Below are positions 1-11,642 of a stretch of 37,142 nucleotides of DNA, one piece after another. The notes under the pieces are model-generated. The model saw nothing but the letters and a program-made list of their open reading frames with translations. It was not told the origin of the DNA and did not search any database. Position 1 is the first letter of the stretch; each line of letters opens with the position of its first letter. The stretch comes from Nemertoderma westbladi (taxonomy: Eukaryota; Animalia; Xenacoelomorpha), in the NCBI GenBank assembly GCA_032718475.1, contig JAUCBJ010000907.1, forward strand, positions 1-37,142, in the 5' to 3' direction. Made by a program: the position numbers and the translations under genes.

Positions 1-2820
1 CGTTTACTTAGAATGCAAACTTACAGCTAAATCGTTTACAATCCAAACTTACAGCTAAATCGTTCACTTAGAATGTAAAAATACAGCTAAATCGTTTACA
101 ATGCAAACTTACAGCTAAATCGTTTACTTAGAATGCAAACTTACTGCTAAATCGTTTACTTAGAATGCAAACTTACAGCTAAATCGTTTACATAGCATGC
201 AAACTTACAGCTAAATTGTTTATTTGGAATGCAAACCTACAGCTAAATCCTTTACTTAGAATGCAAACTTACATCTAAATCGTTTACTTAGAATGCAAAC
301 TTACAGCTAAATCCTTTACTTAGAATGCAAACTTACATCTAAATCGTTTACTCAGAATGCAAACTTACATCTAAATCGTTTACTTAGAATGCAAACTTAC
401 AGCTAAATCGTTTACATAGCATGCAAACTTACAGCTAAATCGTTTACTTAGAATGCAAACTTACAGCTAAATCGTTTACAATCAAAACTTACAGCTAAAT
501 CGTTTACTTAGAATACAAACTTACAGCTAAATCGTTTACTTAGAATGCAAACTTACAGCTAAATCGTTTACAATCAAAACTTACAGCTAAATCGTTTACT
601 TAGAATACAAACTTACAGCTAAATCGTGTACCCAGCAGACAACAGAATGTAAATTTACAGCTAAATCGTTTAGAATGCAAACTTACAGCTAAATCGTTTA
701 TTTGGAATGCAAACTTACAGCGAAATCGTTTACTTAGAATGTAAACTTACAGCTAAATCGTTTACAATGCAAACTTACCAGTAAATCGTTTACTTAGAAT
801 GTAAACTTACAGCTAAATCGTTTACTTAGAATGCAAACTTACAGCTAAATCGATTACTTATAATGTAAACTTACAGCTAAATCGTTTACAATGCAAACTT
901 ACAGCTAAATCGTTTACTTAGAATGTAAACTTACAGCTAAATCGTTTACTTAGAATGCAAACTTACAGCTAAATCGTTTATTTGGAATGCAAACTTACAG
1001 CTAAATCGTTTATTTGGAATGCAAACGTACAGCGAAATCGTTTACTTAGAATGTAAACTTACAGCTAAATCGTTTACTTAGAATGCAAACTTACAGCTAA
1101 ATCGATTACTTATAATGTAAACTTACAGCTAAATCGTTTACAATGCAAACTTACAGCTAAATCGTTTATTTGGAATGCAAACGTACAGCGAAATCGTTTA
1201 CTTAGAATGTAAACTTACAGCTAAATCGTTTACTTAGAATGTAAACTTACAGCTAAATCGTTTACTTGGGATGTAAACTTACAGCTAAATCGTTTACAAT
1301 GCAAACTTACAGCTAAATCGTTTATTTGGAATGCAAACGTACAGCGAAATCGTTTACTTAGAATGTAAACTTACAGCTAAATCGTTTACTTAGAATGCAA
1401 ACTTACAGCTAAATCGATTACTTATAATGTAAACTTACAGCTAAATCGTTTACAATGCAAACTTACAGCTAAATCGTTTATTTGGAATGCAAACGTACAG
1501 CGAAATCGTTTACTTAGAATGTAAACTTACAGCTAAATCGTTTACTTAGAATGTAAACTTACAGCTAAATCGTTTACTTGGGATGTAAACTTACAGCTAA
1601 ATCGTTTACAATGCAAACTTACAGCTAAATCGTTTATTTGGAATGCAAACGTACAGCGAAATCGTTTACTTAGAATGTAAACTTACAGCTAAATCGTTTA
1701 CTTAGAATGCAAACGTACAGCGAAATCGTTTACTTAGAATGTAAACTTACAGCTAAATCGTTTACTTAGAATGTAAACTTACAGCTAAATCGTTTACTTG
1801 GGATGTAAACTTACAGCTAAATCGTTTACAATGCAAACTTACAGCTAAATCGTTTATTTGGAATGCAAACGTACAGCGAAATCGTTTACTTAGAATGTAA
1901 ACTTACAGCTAAATCGTTTACTTAGAATGCAAACTTACAGCTAAATCGATTACTTATAATGTAAACTTACAGCTAAATCGTTTACAATGCAAACTTACAG
2001 CTAAATCGTTTACTTAGAATGTAAACTTACAGCTAAATCGTTTACTTAGAATGCAAACTTACAGCTAAATCGTTTATTTGGAATGCAAACTTACAGCTAA
2101 ATCGTTTATTTGGAATGCAAACTTACAGCTAAATCGTTTACTTAGAATGTAAACTTACAGCTAAATCGTTTACTTGGGATGTAAACTTACAGCTAAATCG
2201 TTTACAATGCAAACTTACAGCTAAATCGTTTACTTAGAATGTAAACTTACAGCTAAATCGTTTACTTAGAATGTAAACTTACAGCTAAATCGTTTATTTG
2301 GAATGTAAACTTACAGCTAAATCGTTTACTTAGAATGTAAACTGACAGCTAAATCGTTTAGTTAGAATGCAAACTTACAGCTAAATCGTTTACTTAGAAT
2401 GCAAACATACAGCTAAATCGTTTACTTAGAATGCAAACTTACAGCTAAATCGTTTACTTAGAATGCAAACTTACAGCTAAATCGTTTACTTAGAATGCAA
2501 ACTTACAGCTAAATCGTTTACAATGCAAACTTACCGCTAAATCGTTTATCTGGAATGCAAACTTACAGCTAAATCGTCTACTTAGAATAAAAACTTACAG
2601 CTAAATCGTTTACTTAGAATGCAAACTTACAGCTAAATCGTTTACCTAGAATGCAAACTTACAGCCAAATCGTTTATTCAGATGCAAACCTACAGCTAAA
2701 TCGTTTACTTAGAAGTGTAAACTTACAGCTAATTCGTTTACTTAGAGTGCAAACTCTACAGCTAAATCGTTTACTTAAAGTGTAAACTTACAGCTAAATC
2801 GTTTATTTAGAATGCAAACT
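1..2820. repeat. Tandem satellite, 32-bp unit CGTTTACTTAGAATGCAAACTTACAGCTAAAT with a 28-bp deletion variant (lacking TTAG); about 90 copies, runs off the window start
   Basis: Unit read directly. Variants recur with a 156-bp period (4x32+28) between about 1020 and 1650. Confidence 0.97.
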
Positions 2821-2900
2821 TTCACCATTCAGAGATGCGAGATGGTACCGGTAATCTTAAAGCAAAATAGTTTGCTTAAGGGGCAGAGTGTAATGGTGTA

Positions 2901-3013
2901 CCCCCCCACCCCCCACCCCCACCCCCACCCCCACCCCCCACCCCCCACCCCCCACCCCCACCCCCCCCCCCCCCCCCCTTAGTAGTAGTACTAGTAGTAC
3001 TAGTAGTACGTAG
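2901..3013. repeat. C-rich simple repeat (CCCCCA-like/poly-C) followed by a TAG/TAC microsatellite
   Basis: Directly visible low-complexity tract. Confidence 0.85.
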
Positions 3014-4107
3014 TTCACTTTGCCACTAAAGCATTATTGTCCTGTTATAAATTATATTCTATAAATCATCGTTTTGAATAATCAAAGTTTATGTGTTTAA
3101 GTTGCAACCAAAACTTACCAAAGCTTACCAAAACAATAAGAGAAACTCATTATTAGAACATAATAATTATTTTCATTTTAAGAGTAATCAGCTGTTATCT
3201 GCATCGGGTTTCCCCAGGAGATGGGTGGATTTTAATTGATTATAAATGAATTGTTGTATAAATGAATTGGATTTTAATTGCATCCAGAACCCCCCCCCCA
3301 CCCCCCCCCCCTTCCCCCCAAATTTGGTAAACTTATACTAAAAGCGAATACTTTGAAAGTAAACTTACATGAACGCGGATTTCTGAATAAACTGAATAAA
3401 CGTACCGTCAAACTGGGATATAATTGGAGGAGATGGTTGTTGGTTCTGCACGTTGCTCATTACCGATTCATCCCTTCTTTTAACACTGGTTTGTAATCGA
3501 CCAATAGTATTGCAGGGACCCCTCATTAGATAATAATGATGAATAAGTCGGTTGTTTGTTGTCAATGTCAATACAAACAAAACTACCGATACTGGTAGAG
3601 GCGCTTGGAATTGTGCTGGCATTTGCACAACTGCCGTCTAGAAACAGAATGAAAAGGTTTTGTACTGCAGAATAGCAGAAATCACAAATTAACAGGTGCG
3701 AGGCATTGCTTACCCAACCCATGGTCCACCATCGATCGTTCAGCCATGGATCAGATAGTTGGACGGATCCAATGGAAAAAATATAATTTCCCGTTGGTAA
3801 ATTGAGTGAGAAAAACATGACGTATATCAGAAACACAACCGGAAATCAATTTATTGAAAAATAAGTAAATCCAGGGTTTCAATAACAAAGCAGCGTAATA
3901 AAGAACACGACTTTCACTTGGAAATATCGTATCTAAAATATTATATTGTTCTTTATGAAACTCTATGGCCTTTAAGTACTGAAAAAAAATAAGCGAAAAA
4001 CGCTACCTTATACAACTAACAAATCTTTGTGTAAACATTTTGTAAAGGAGTAAAAATCATCTCATATATAACAACATCTTCGCCATTATTATAACTAATT
4101 TTTTGTT

Positions 4108-7100
4108 GAGTGGAAGATCACCCATGGTGGTGAACAGGCATTCCTTTAGGAAACATAGTGGAAGGGTTTATTATGGAAGATCACCCATGGTGGTGAACAG
4201 GCATTCCTTTAGGAAACAGAGTGGAAGGGTTTACTGTGGAAGATCACCCATGGTGATGAACAGGCATTCCTTTAGGAAACATAGTGGAAGGGTTTACTGT
4301 GGAAGATCACCCATGGTGATGAACAGGCATTCCTTTAGGAAACATAGTGGAAGGGTTTACTGTGGAAGATCACCCATGGTGATGAACAGGCATTCCTTTA
4401 GGAAACATAGTGGAAGGGTTTACTGTGGAAGATCACCCATGGTGATGAACAGGCATTCCTTTAGGAAACATAGTGGAAGGGTTTACTGTGGAAGATCACC
4501 CATGGTGGTGAACAGGCATTCCTTTAGGAAACATAGTGGAAGGGTTTATTATGGAAGATCACCCATGGTGGTGAACAGGCATTCCTTTAGGAAACAGAGT
4601 GGAAGGGTTTACTGTGGAAGATCACCCATGGTGATGAACAGGCATTCCTTTAGGAAACAGAGTGGAAGGGTTTACTGTGGAAGATCACCCATGGTGATGA
4701 ACAGGCATTCCTTTAGGAAACATAGTGGAAGGGTTTACTGTGGAAGATCACCCATGGTGATGAACAGGCATTCCTTTAGGAAACATAGTGGAAGGGTTTA
4801 CTGTGGAAGATCACCCATGGTGGTGAACAGGCATTCCTTTAGGAAACATAGTGGAAGGGTTTATTATGGAAGATCACCCATGGTGGTGAACAGGCATTCC
4901 TTTAGGAAACAGAGTGGAAGGGTTTACTGTGGAAGATCACCCATGGTGATGAACAGGCATTCCTTTAGGAAACATAGTGGAAGGGTTTACTGTGGAAGAT
5001 CACCCATGGTGGTGAACAGGCATTCCTTTAGGAAACAGAGTGGAAGGGTTTACTATGGAAGATCACCCATGGTGGTGAACAGGCATTCCTTTAGGAAACA
5101 GAGTGGAAGGGTTTACTGTGGAAGATCACCCATGGTGATGAACAGGCATTCCTTTAGGAAACATAGTGGAAGGGTTTACTGTGGAAGATCACCCATGGTG
5201 GTGAACAGGCATTCCTTTATGAAACAGAGTGGAAGGGTTTACTGTGGAAGATCACCCATGGTGGTGAACAGGCATTCCTTTAGGAAACAGAGTGGAAGGG
5301 TTTACTGTGGAAGATCACCCATGGTGGTGAACAGGTATTCCTTTAGGAAACAGAGTGGAAGGGTTTACTGTGGAAGATCACCCATGGTGGTGAACAGGCA
5401 TTCCGTTAGGAAACAGAGTGGAAGGGTTTACTGTGGAAGATCACCCATGGTGGTGAACAGGCATTCCGTTAGGAAACAGAGTGGAAGGGTTTACTGTGGA
5501 AGATCACCCATGGTGGTGAACAGGCATTCCGTTAGGAAACAGAGTGGAAGGGTTTACTGTGGAAGATCACCCATGGTGGTGAACAGGCATTCCTTTATGA
5601 AACAGAGTGGAAGGGTTTACTGTGGAAGATCACCCATGGTGGTGAACAGGCATTCCTTTAGGAAACAGAGTGGAAGGGTTTACTGTGGAAGATCACCCAT
5701 GGTGGTGAACAGGCATTCCGTTAGGAAACAGAGTGGAAGGGTTTACTGTGGAAGATCACCCATGGTGGTGAACAGGCATTCCTTTGGGAAACAGAGTGGA
5801 AGGGTTTACTGTGGAAGATCACCCATGGTGGTGAACAGGCATTCCTTTAGGAAACAGAGTGGAAGGGTTTACTGTGGAAGATCACCCATGGTGGTGAACA
5901 GGCATTCCTTTAGGAAACAGAGTGGAAGGGTTTACTGTGGAAGATCACCCATGGTGGTGAACAGGCATTCCTTTAGGAAACAGAGTGGAAGGGTTTACTG
6001 TGGAAGATCACCCATGGTGGTGAACAGGCATTCTTTAGGAAACAGAGTGGAAGGGTTTACTGTGGAAGATCACCCATGGTGGTGAACAGGCATTCCTTTA
6101 GGACGCAGAGTGGAAGGGTTTACTGTGGAAGATCATCAATGGTGGTGAACAGGCATTCCTTTAGGAAACAGAGTGGAACGGTTTACTGTGGAAGATCACC
6201 CATGGTGGTAACAGGTATTCCTTTAGGAAACAGAGTTGAACGGTTTACTGTGGAAGATCACCCATGGTGGTAACAGGTATTCCTTTAGGAAACAGTGTGG
6301 AAGGGTTTACTGTGGAAGCTCACCCATGGAGGTGAACAGGCATTCCTGTAGGAAACAGAGTGGAAGGGTTTACTGTGGAAGATCACCCATGGTTGGGAAC
6401 AGGCATTCCTTTAGGACACAGAGTGGATGGGTTTACTGTGGAAGATCACCCATGGTGGTAAACAGGCATTCCTGTAGGAAACAGAGTGGAAGGGTTTACT
6501 GTGGAAGATCACCCATGGTTGTGAACAGGCATTCCTTTAGGACACAGAGTGGAAGGGTTTACTGTGGAAGATATCCCATGGTGGTGGACCGGCATTCCTG
6601 TACGAAACAGAGTGGAAGGTTTTACTGTGGAAGATCACCCATGGTGGTTAACAGGCGTTCCTTTAGGAAAAAGAGTGGAAGGTTTGACTGTGGAAGATCA
6701 CCCATCCATAGTGGTAAACAGGCGTTCCTTTAGGAAGCAGAGTGAAAGGCTTTACTGTGGAAGATCACCCATGGTGGTGAACAGGCATTCCTTTAGGAAA
6801 CAGAGTTGAAGGGTTTACTGTGGAAGATAAACCATGGTGGTGAACAGGCATTCCTTTAGGAAACAGAGTTGAAGGGTTTACTGTGGAAGATTACCCATGG
6901 TGGTGAACAGGCATTCCTTTAGGAAACAGAGTGGAAGGGTTTACTGTGGAAGATAAACCATGGTGGTGAACAGGCATTCCTTTAGGAAACAGAGTGGAAG
7001 GGTTTACTGTGGAAGATAAACCATGGTGGTGAACAGGCATTCCTTTAGGAAACAGAGTTGAAGGGTTTACTGTGGAAGATTACCCATGGTGGTAACAGGT

Positions 7101-7394
7101 ATTCCTTTAGGAAACAGAGTTGAAGGGTTTACTGTGGAAGATTACCCATGTTGGTAACAGGTATTCCTTTAGGAAACAGAGTGGAACGGTTTACTGTGGA
7201 AGATCACCCATGGTGGTAACAGGTATTCCTTTAGGAAACAGTGTGGAAGGGTTTACTGTGGAAGCTCACCCATGGAGGTGAACAGGCATTCCTTTAGGAC
7301 ACAGAGTGGAAGGGTTTACTGTGGAAGATCACCCATCCATGGTGGTAAACAGGCGTTCCTTTAGGAAGCAGAGTGAAAGGCTTTACTGTGGAAG
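4108..7394. repeat. 63-bp tandem satellite, block A (about 52 units; GAGTGGAAGGGTTTACTGTGGAAGATCACCCATGGTGGTGAACAGGCATTCCTTTAGGAAACA)
   Basis: 63-bp period, seen as the 21-aa repeat in the ORF track. Homogeneous to about 6030, more degenerate afterwards. Confidence 0.97.
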
Positions 7395-7603
7395 TTTGAA
7401 GAAATACATACATAAAATGTCATTAAAGGACAACAAAAGTCATTAAAGGGACAACAAAAGTCATTATGCACAATTCGTAAAAAAAGGAGGACAAAAAAAG
7501 TCAAATAAATGGACATAAAAAATCACTGCCGTTAAATTTTTAACCCAAGATCTTCAGTATGAGTTGAATAAGAATGTCGATCTGTTTTTTGACAATCTTG
7601 TGT

Positions 7604-7675
7604 GGCTTGTTGGTCTAGTGGCATGATTCTCGCTTAGGGTGCGAGAGGTCCCGGGTTCGACTCCCGGACAAGCCC
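7604..7675 (+). tRNA. tRNA-Pro-AGG: tRNA-Pro (anticodon AGG), copy 1
   Basis: GGCTTGT/ACAAGCC acceptor stem, CTCGC-TTAGGGT-GCGAG anticodon arm (AGG at 7636-7638), GGTTCGACTCC T-loop/B box, 72 nt. Closely resembles metazoan tRNA-Pro. Confidence 0.97.
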
Positions 7676-7680
7676 TTCAG

Positions 7681-7689
7681 TTTTTTTTT
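7681..7689 (+). terminator. RNA polymerase III oligo-T terminator of tRNA-Pro copy 1
   Basis: T9 run 5 nt after the tRNA 3' end. Confidence 0.85.
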
Positions 7690-8100
7690 AGCAATATTGA
7701 AATATTTCAATTGATTGGGGCCCAGATAAATAGATTGACTAGAGTTAGGTTAGAGCTAGAGCTGGTGATTGTTTACTTTATAATAGCAAAAGGATTAGGT
7801 ACGAATTTGGTCTGTTTCCCTTTTATAAACATGATAAAGAGCGAGAAAATTTGTAAGAGCTAGCCTTTATTTATTTAATCCACTTAAATAAACTTGACGT
7901 TACGAAATTATACGAATGCTATGGACGGCACCGCATAACCTTTTATCGGACATTAGTAATTATTTTGTTGAATTCATTGTGGCGCTTTAGTCTGCTCTGT
8001 AACTTGTAGGCCTGAATGTTGGCTAATGTTCCTTTGGTTTTCATTTCGTTCCTTCGAAGTTACTGTTTTAATTCGTCATGAGTAACCCACGAGGGGATGG

Positions 8101-9830
8101 ACCCATGGTGGTGAACAGGCATTCCTTTAGGAAACCGAGTTGAAGGGTTTACTGTGGAAGATTACCCATGGTGGTGAACGGAAACAGAGTGGAAGGGTTT
8201 ACTGTGGAAGATAAACCATGGTGGTGAACAGGCATTCCTTTAGGAAACCGAGTTGAAGGGTTTACTGTGGAAGATTGCCCATGGTGGTGAACGGAAACTA
8301 CTACTAGGATCGGCATGCTGCATTGCAGCTGCATTTTTAAGAATGCTGTGCCGGCTTGTCAACAAAATTGCACCGCCACAACTCCCTATCACCCATGACA
8401 TTTGCTAGATCATCCGCATCTTTAAGGCCAGTGTCCTTTAAGATGCGTCTCAAGAAAGTCATGGGCTGTCCACCATGCTTATTCACTCCATGAGGCTGCC
8501 AAAGTACAAGATTATGCACTGGCTGGTCCTCACGGCGAAAGCAATGTCCTGCAAAGCGGAGGCGATTTTGTTCTAGTGTCAAGCTTGGGGGAACCAATGA
8601 GACACCTCCAATGTTATATAGTGTCTGGTTGGAGATGTGTGCATTGTACTTGACACAACGGAAACAGAGTAGAAGGGTTTACTGTGGAAGATAAATCATG
8701 GTGGTGAACAGACATACCTTTAGGAAAATGACTGGATGGGTTTACTGTGGAAGATCACCCATGGTGGTGAACAGGCATTCCTTTAGGAAACCGAGTTGAA
8801 GGGTTTACTGTGGAAGATTACCCATAGTGGTGAACGGAAACAGAGTGGAAGGGTTTACTGTGGAAGATAAACCATGGTGGTGAACAGACATACCTTTAGG
8901 AAACAGAGTGGAAGGGTTTACTGTGGAAGATCACCCATGGTGGTAACAGGTATTCCTTTAGGAAACAGAGTGGAACGGTTTACTGTGGAAAATCACCCAT
9001 GGTGGTAACAGGTATTCCTTTAGGAAACAGAGTGGTAGGGTTTACTGTGGAAGGTCACCCATGGAGGTGAACAGGCATTCCTTTAGGAAACAGAGTGGAG
9101 GGGTTTACTGTGGAAGATCATCCATGGTGGTGAACAGGCATTCCTTTAGGAAACAGAGTGGAACGGTTTACTGTGGAAGATCACCCATGGTGGAAACAGG
9201 TATTCCTTTAGGAAACAGAGTAGAATGGTTTACTGTGGAAGATCACCCATGGTGGTAACAGGTATTCCTTTAGGAAACAGAGTAGAACGGTTTACTGTGG
9301 AAGATCACCCATGGTGGTAACAGGTATTCCTTTAGGAAACAGTGTGGAAGGGTTTACTGTGGAAGCTCACCCATGGAGGTGAACAGGCATTCCTGTAGGA
9401 AACAGAGTGGAAGGGTTTACTGTGGAAGATCACCCATGGTTGTGAACAGGCATTCCTTTAGGACACAGAGTGGAAGGGTTTACTGTGGAAGATCACCCAT
9501 GGTGGTAAACAGGCATTCCTGTAGGAAACAGAGTGGAAGGGTTTACTGTGGAAGATCACCCATGGTTGTGAACAGGCATTCCTTTAGGACACAGAGTGGA
9601 AGGGTTTACTGTGGAAGATCACCCATGGTGGTAAACAGGCATTCCTGTAGGAAACAGAGTGGAAGGGTTTACTGTGGAAGATCACCCATGGTGGTTAACA
9701 GGCGTTCCTTTAGGAAAAAGAGTGGAAGGGTTGACTGTGGAAGATCACCCATCCATGGTGGTAAACAGGCGTTCCTTTAGGAAGCAGAGTGAAAGGCTTT
9801 ACTGTGGAAGTACAAGTACAACTGTGGAAG
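8101..9830. repeat. 63-bp satellite, block B (interrupted by a LINE fragment at 8299..8656)
   Basis: Same unit, including shortened variants (GTGGTGAACGGAAACAGAG). Confidence 0.95.
8299..8656 (-). mobile_element. 5'-truncated RTE-like non-LTR retrotransposon 3' end with 9-bp TSD AACGGAAAC and short (TAG)n tail
   Basis: Minus frame encodes RLRFAGHCFRREDQPVHNLVLWQP...DRELWR, typical of an RTE ORF C-terminus. TSD at 8290-8298 and 8657-8665. The empty-site sequence occurs elsewhere in the array (e.g. about 10621). Confidence 0.88.
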
Positions 9831-10539
9831 TTTGAAGAAATACATACATAAAAAGTCATTAAAGGACAACAAAAGTCATTAAAGGGACAACAAAAGTCAT
9901 TATGCACAATTCGTAAAAAAAGGAGGACAAAAAAAGTCAAATAAATGGACATAAAAAATCACTGCCGTTAACTTTTTAACCCAAGATCTTCAGTATGAGT
10001 TGAATAAGAATGTCGATCTGTTTTTTTGACAATCTTGTGTGGCTTGTTGGTCTAGTGGCATGATTCTCGCTTAGGGTGCGAGAGGTCCCGGGTTCGACTC
10101 CCGGACAAGCCCTTCAGTTTTTTTAGCAAAATTGAAATATTTCAATTGAATGGGGCCCAGATAAATAGATTGACTAGAGTTAGGTTAGAGCTAGAGCTGG
10201 TGATTGTTTACTTTATAATAGCAAAAGGATTAGGTACGAATTTGGTCTGTTTCCCTTTTATAAAAATGATAAAGCGCGAGAAAATTTGTAAGAGCTAGCT
10301 AGCATTTATTTATTTAATCCACTTAAATAAACTTGACGTTACGCAATTATTCGAATGCTATGGACGGCACCGCATAACCTTTTATCGGACATTAGTAATT
10401 ATTTTGTTGAATTGATTGTGCCGCTTTAGTCTGCTCTGTAACTTGTAGGCCTGAATGTTGGATATTGTTCCTTTGGTTTTCATTTCGTTCCTTCGAAGTT
10501 ACTGTTTTAATTCGTCATGAGGAACCCACGAGGGGATGG
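9831..10539 (+). repeat. Non-satellite spacer cassette, copy 2 (carries tRNA-Pro)
   Basis: Direct repeat of 7395..8100 with scattered substitutions and small indels. Confidence 0.93.
10041..10112 (+). tRNA. tRNA-Pro-AGG: tRNA-Pro (anticodon AGG), copy 2
   Basis: Identical to copy 1 and followed by TTCAG-T7. Confidence 0.97.
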
Positions 10540-11366
10540 AGGTTACCCATGGTGGTGAACAGGCATTCCTTTAGGAAACCGAGTTGAAGGGTTTACTGTG
10601 GAAGATTACCCATGGTGGTGAACGGAAACAGAGTGGAAAGGTTTACTGTGGAAGATCACCCATGGTGGTGAACAGGCATTCCTTTAGGAAACCGAGTTGA
10701 AGGGTTTACTGTGGAAGATCACCCATGGTGGTAACAGGTATTCCTTTAGGAAACAGAGTGGAACGGTTTACTGTGGAAGATCACCCATGGTGGTGAACAG
10801 GCATTCCTTTAGGAAACCGAGTTGAAGGGTTTACTGTGGAAGATTACCCATGGTGGTGCAACGGAAACAGAGTGGAAAGGTTTACTGTGGAAGATCACCC
10901 ATGGTGGTGAACAGGCATTCCTTTAGGAAATCGAGTGGAAGGGTTTACTGTGGAAGATCACCCATGGTGGTGAACAGGCATTCCTTTAGGAACAGAGTGG
11001 AAGGGTTTACTGTGGAAGATCACCCATGGTGGTGTACAGGCATTCCTTTAGGAAACCGAGTGGAAGGGTTTACTGTGGAAGATTGCATTGCCCATGCTGG
11101 TGACAGGATTCCTTTAGGAAACAGAGTGGAAGGGTTTACTGTGGAAGATCACCCATGGTGGTGAACAGGCATTCCTTTAGGAAACAGAGTGGAGGGGTTT
11201 ACTGTGGAAGATCACCCATGGTGGTGAACAGGCATTCCTTTAGGACACAGAGTGGAAGGGTTTACTGTGGAAGATCATCCATGGTGGTGAACAGGCATTC
11301 CTTTAGGAAACAGAGTGGAAGGGTTTACTGTGGAAGATCACCCATGGTGGTGAACAGGTATTCCTT
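10540..11366. repeat. 63-bp satellite, block C
   Basis: Same unit, degenerate copies. Confidence 0.95.
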
Positions 11367-11487
11367 GGCTTAATGAGCATAAAAGATTCTCCCATTCATA
11401 ACTACTTTTCGGAGACCCCCTTTTTAATCCGCATTTTCTAGAAAATAGTAAGGCCCAGGCGGTTCACACGAGAGCTTTCAACCATTA

Positions 11488-11527
11488 AAGTCTATATTGT
11501 CCGCACTTATGCGGACAATATAGACTT
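11488..11527. other. Perfect hairpin, 18-bp stem and 4-nt loop
   Basis: AAGTCTATATTGTCCGCA-CTTA-TGCGGACAATATAGACTT. Confidence 0.85.
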
Positions 11528-11642
11528 AATTGGGATCACTAAAATGTCTTTTTTTTATCAATGTGGTTTTTTACGTGACCAGACTAAATATTAGGTTCTA
11601 GAACATATCACTGAAATTGTCTTATCATTAGCATAAATTCTA

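Larger units (their letters stand above)
7395..8100 (+). repeat. Non-satellite spacer cassette, copy 1 (carries tRNA-Pro); duplicated at 9831..10539
   Basis: Near-identical ~705-bp sequence recurs about 2437 bp downstream. Confidence 0.93.

Noticed and set aside
1-2820. CRISPR-like appearance of the 32-bp repeats (also 30843-33910)
   Set aside because: Head-to-tail repeats with no unique spacers, no cas genes and a eukaryotic context.
4103-6085. 660-aa repetitive ORF (SGRVYCGRSPMVVNRHSFRKQ)n and related short ORFs to 11373
   Set aside because: A by-product of a 63-bp unit with one stop-free frame. The common variants change amino acids (H/Q, C/Y, V/M, F/V, R/M) and later units are frameshifted, so there is no sign of coding constraint.
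7639-7863. 74-aa ORF starting inside tRNA-Pro
   Set aside because: Overlaps the tRNA and its terminator, and the frame is not preserved in the second cassette copy.
4108-11366. GATCACCCATG / GATTACCCATG in the satellite resembles the MS2 operator hairpin
   Set aside because: Only the loop and 3' half match. The 5' arm (GTGGAAG versus ACATGAGG) does not give the required stem with a single bulged A, and the array shows natural decay. Treated as coincidence.
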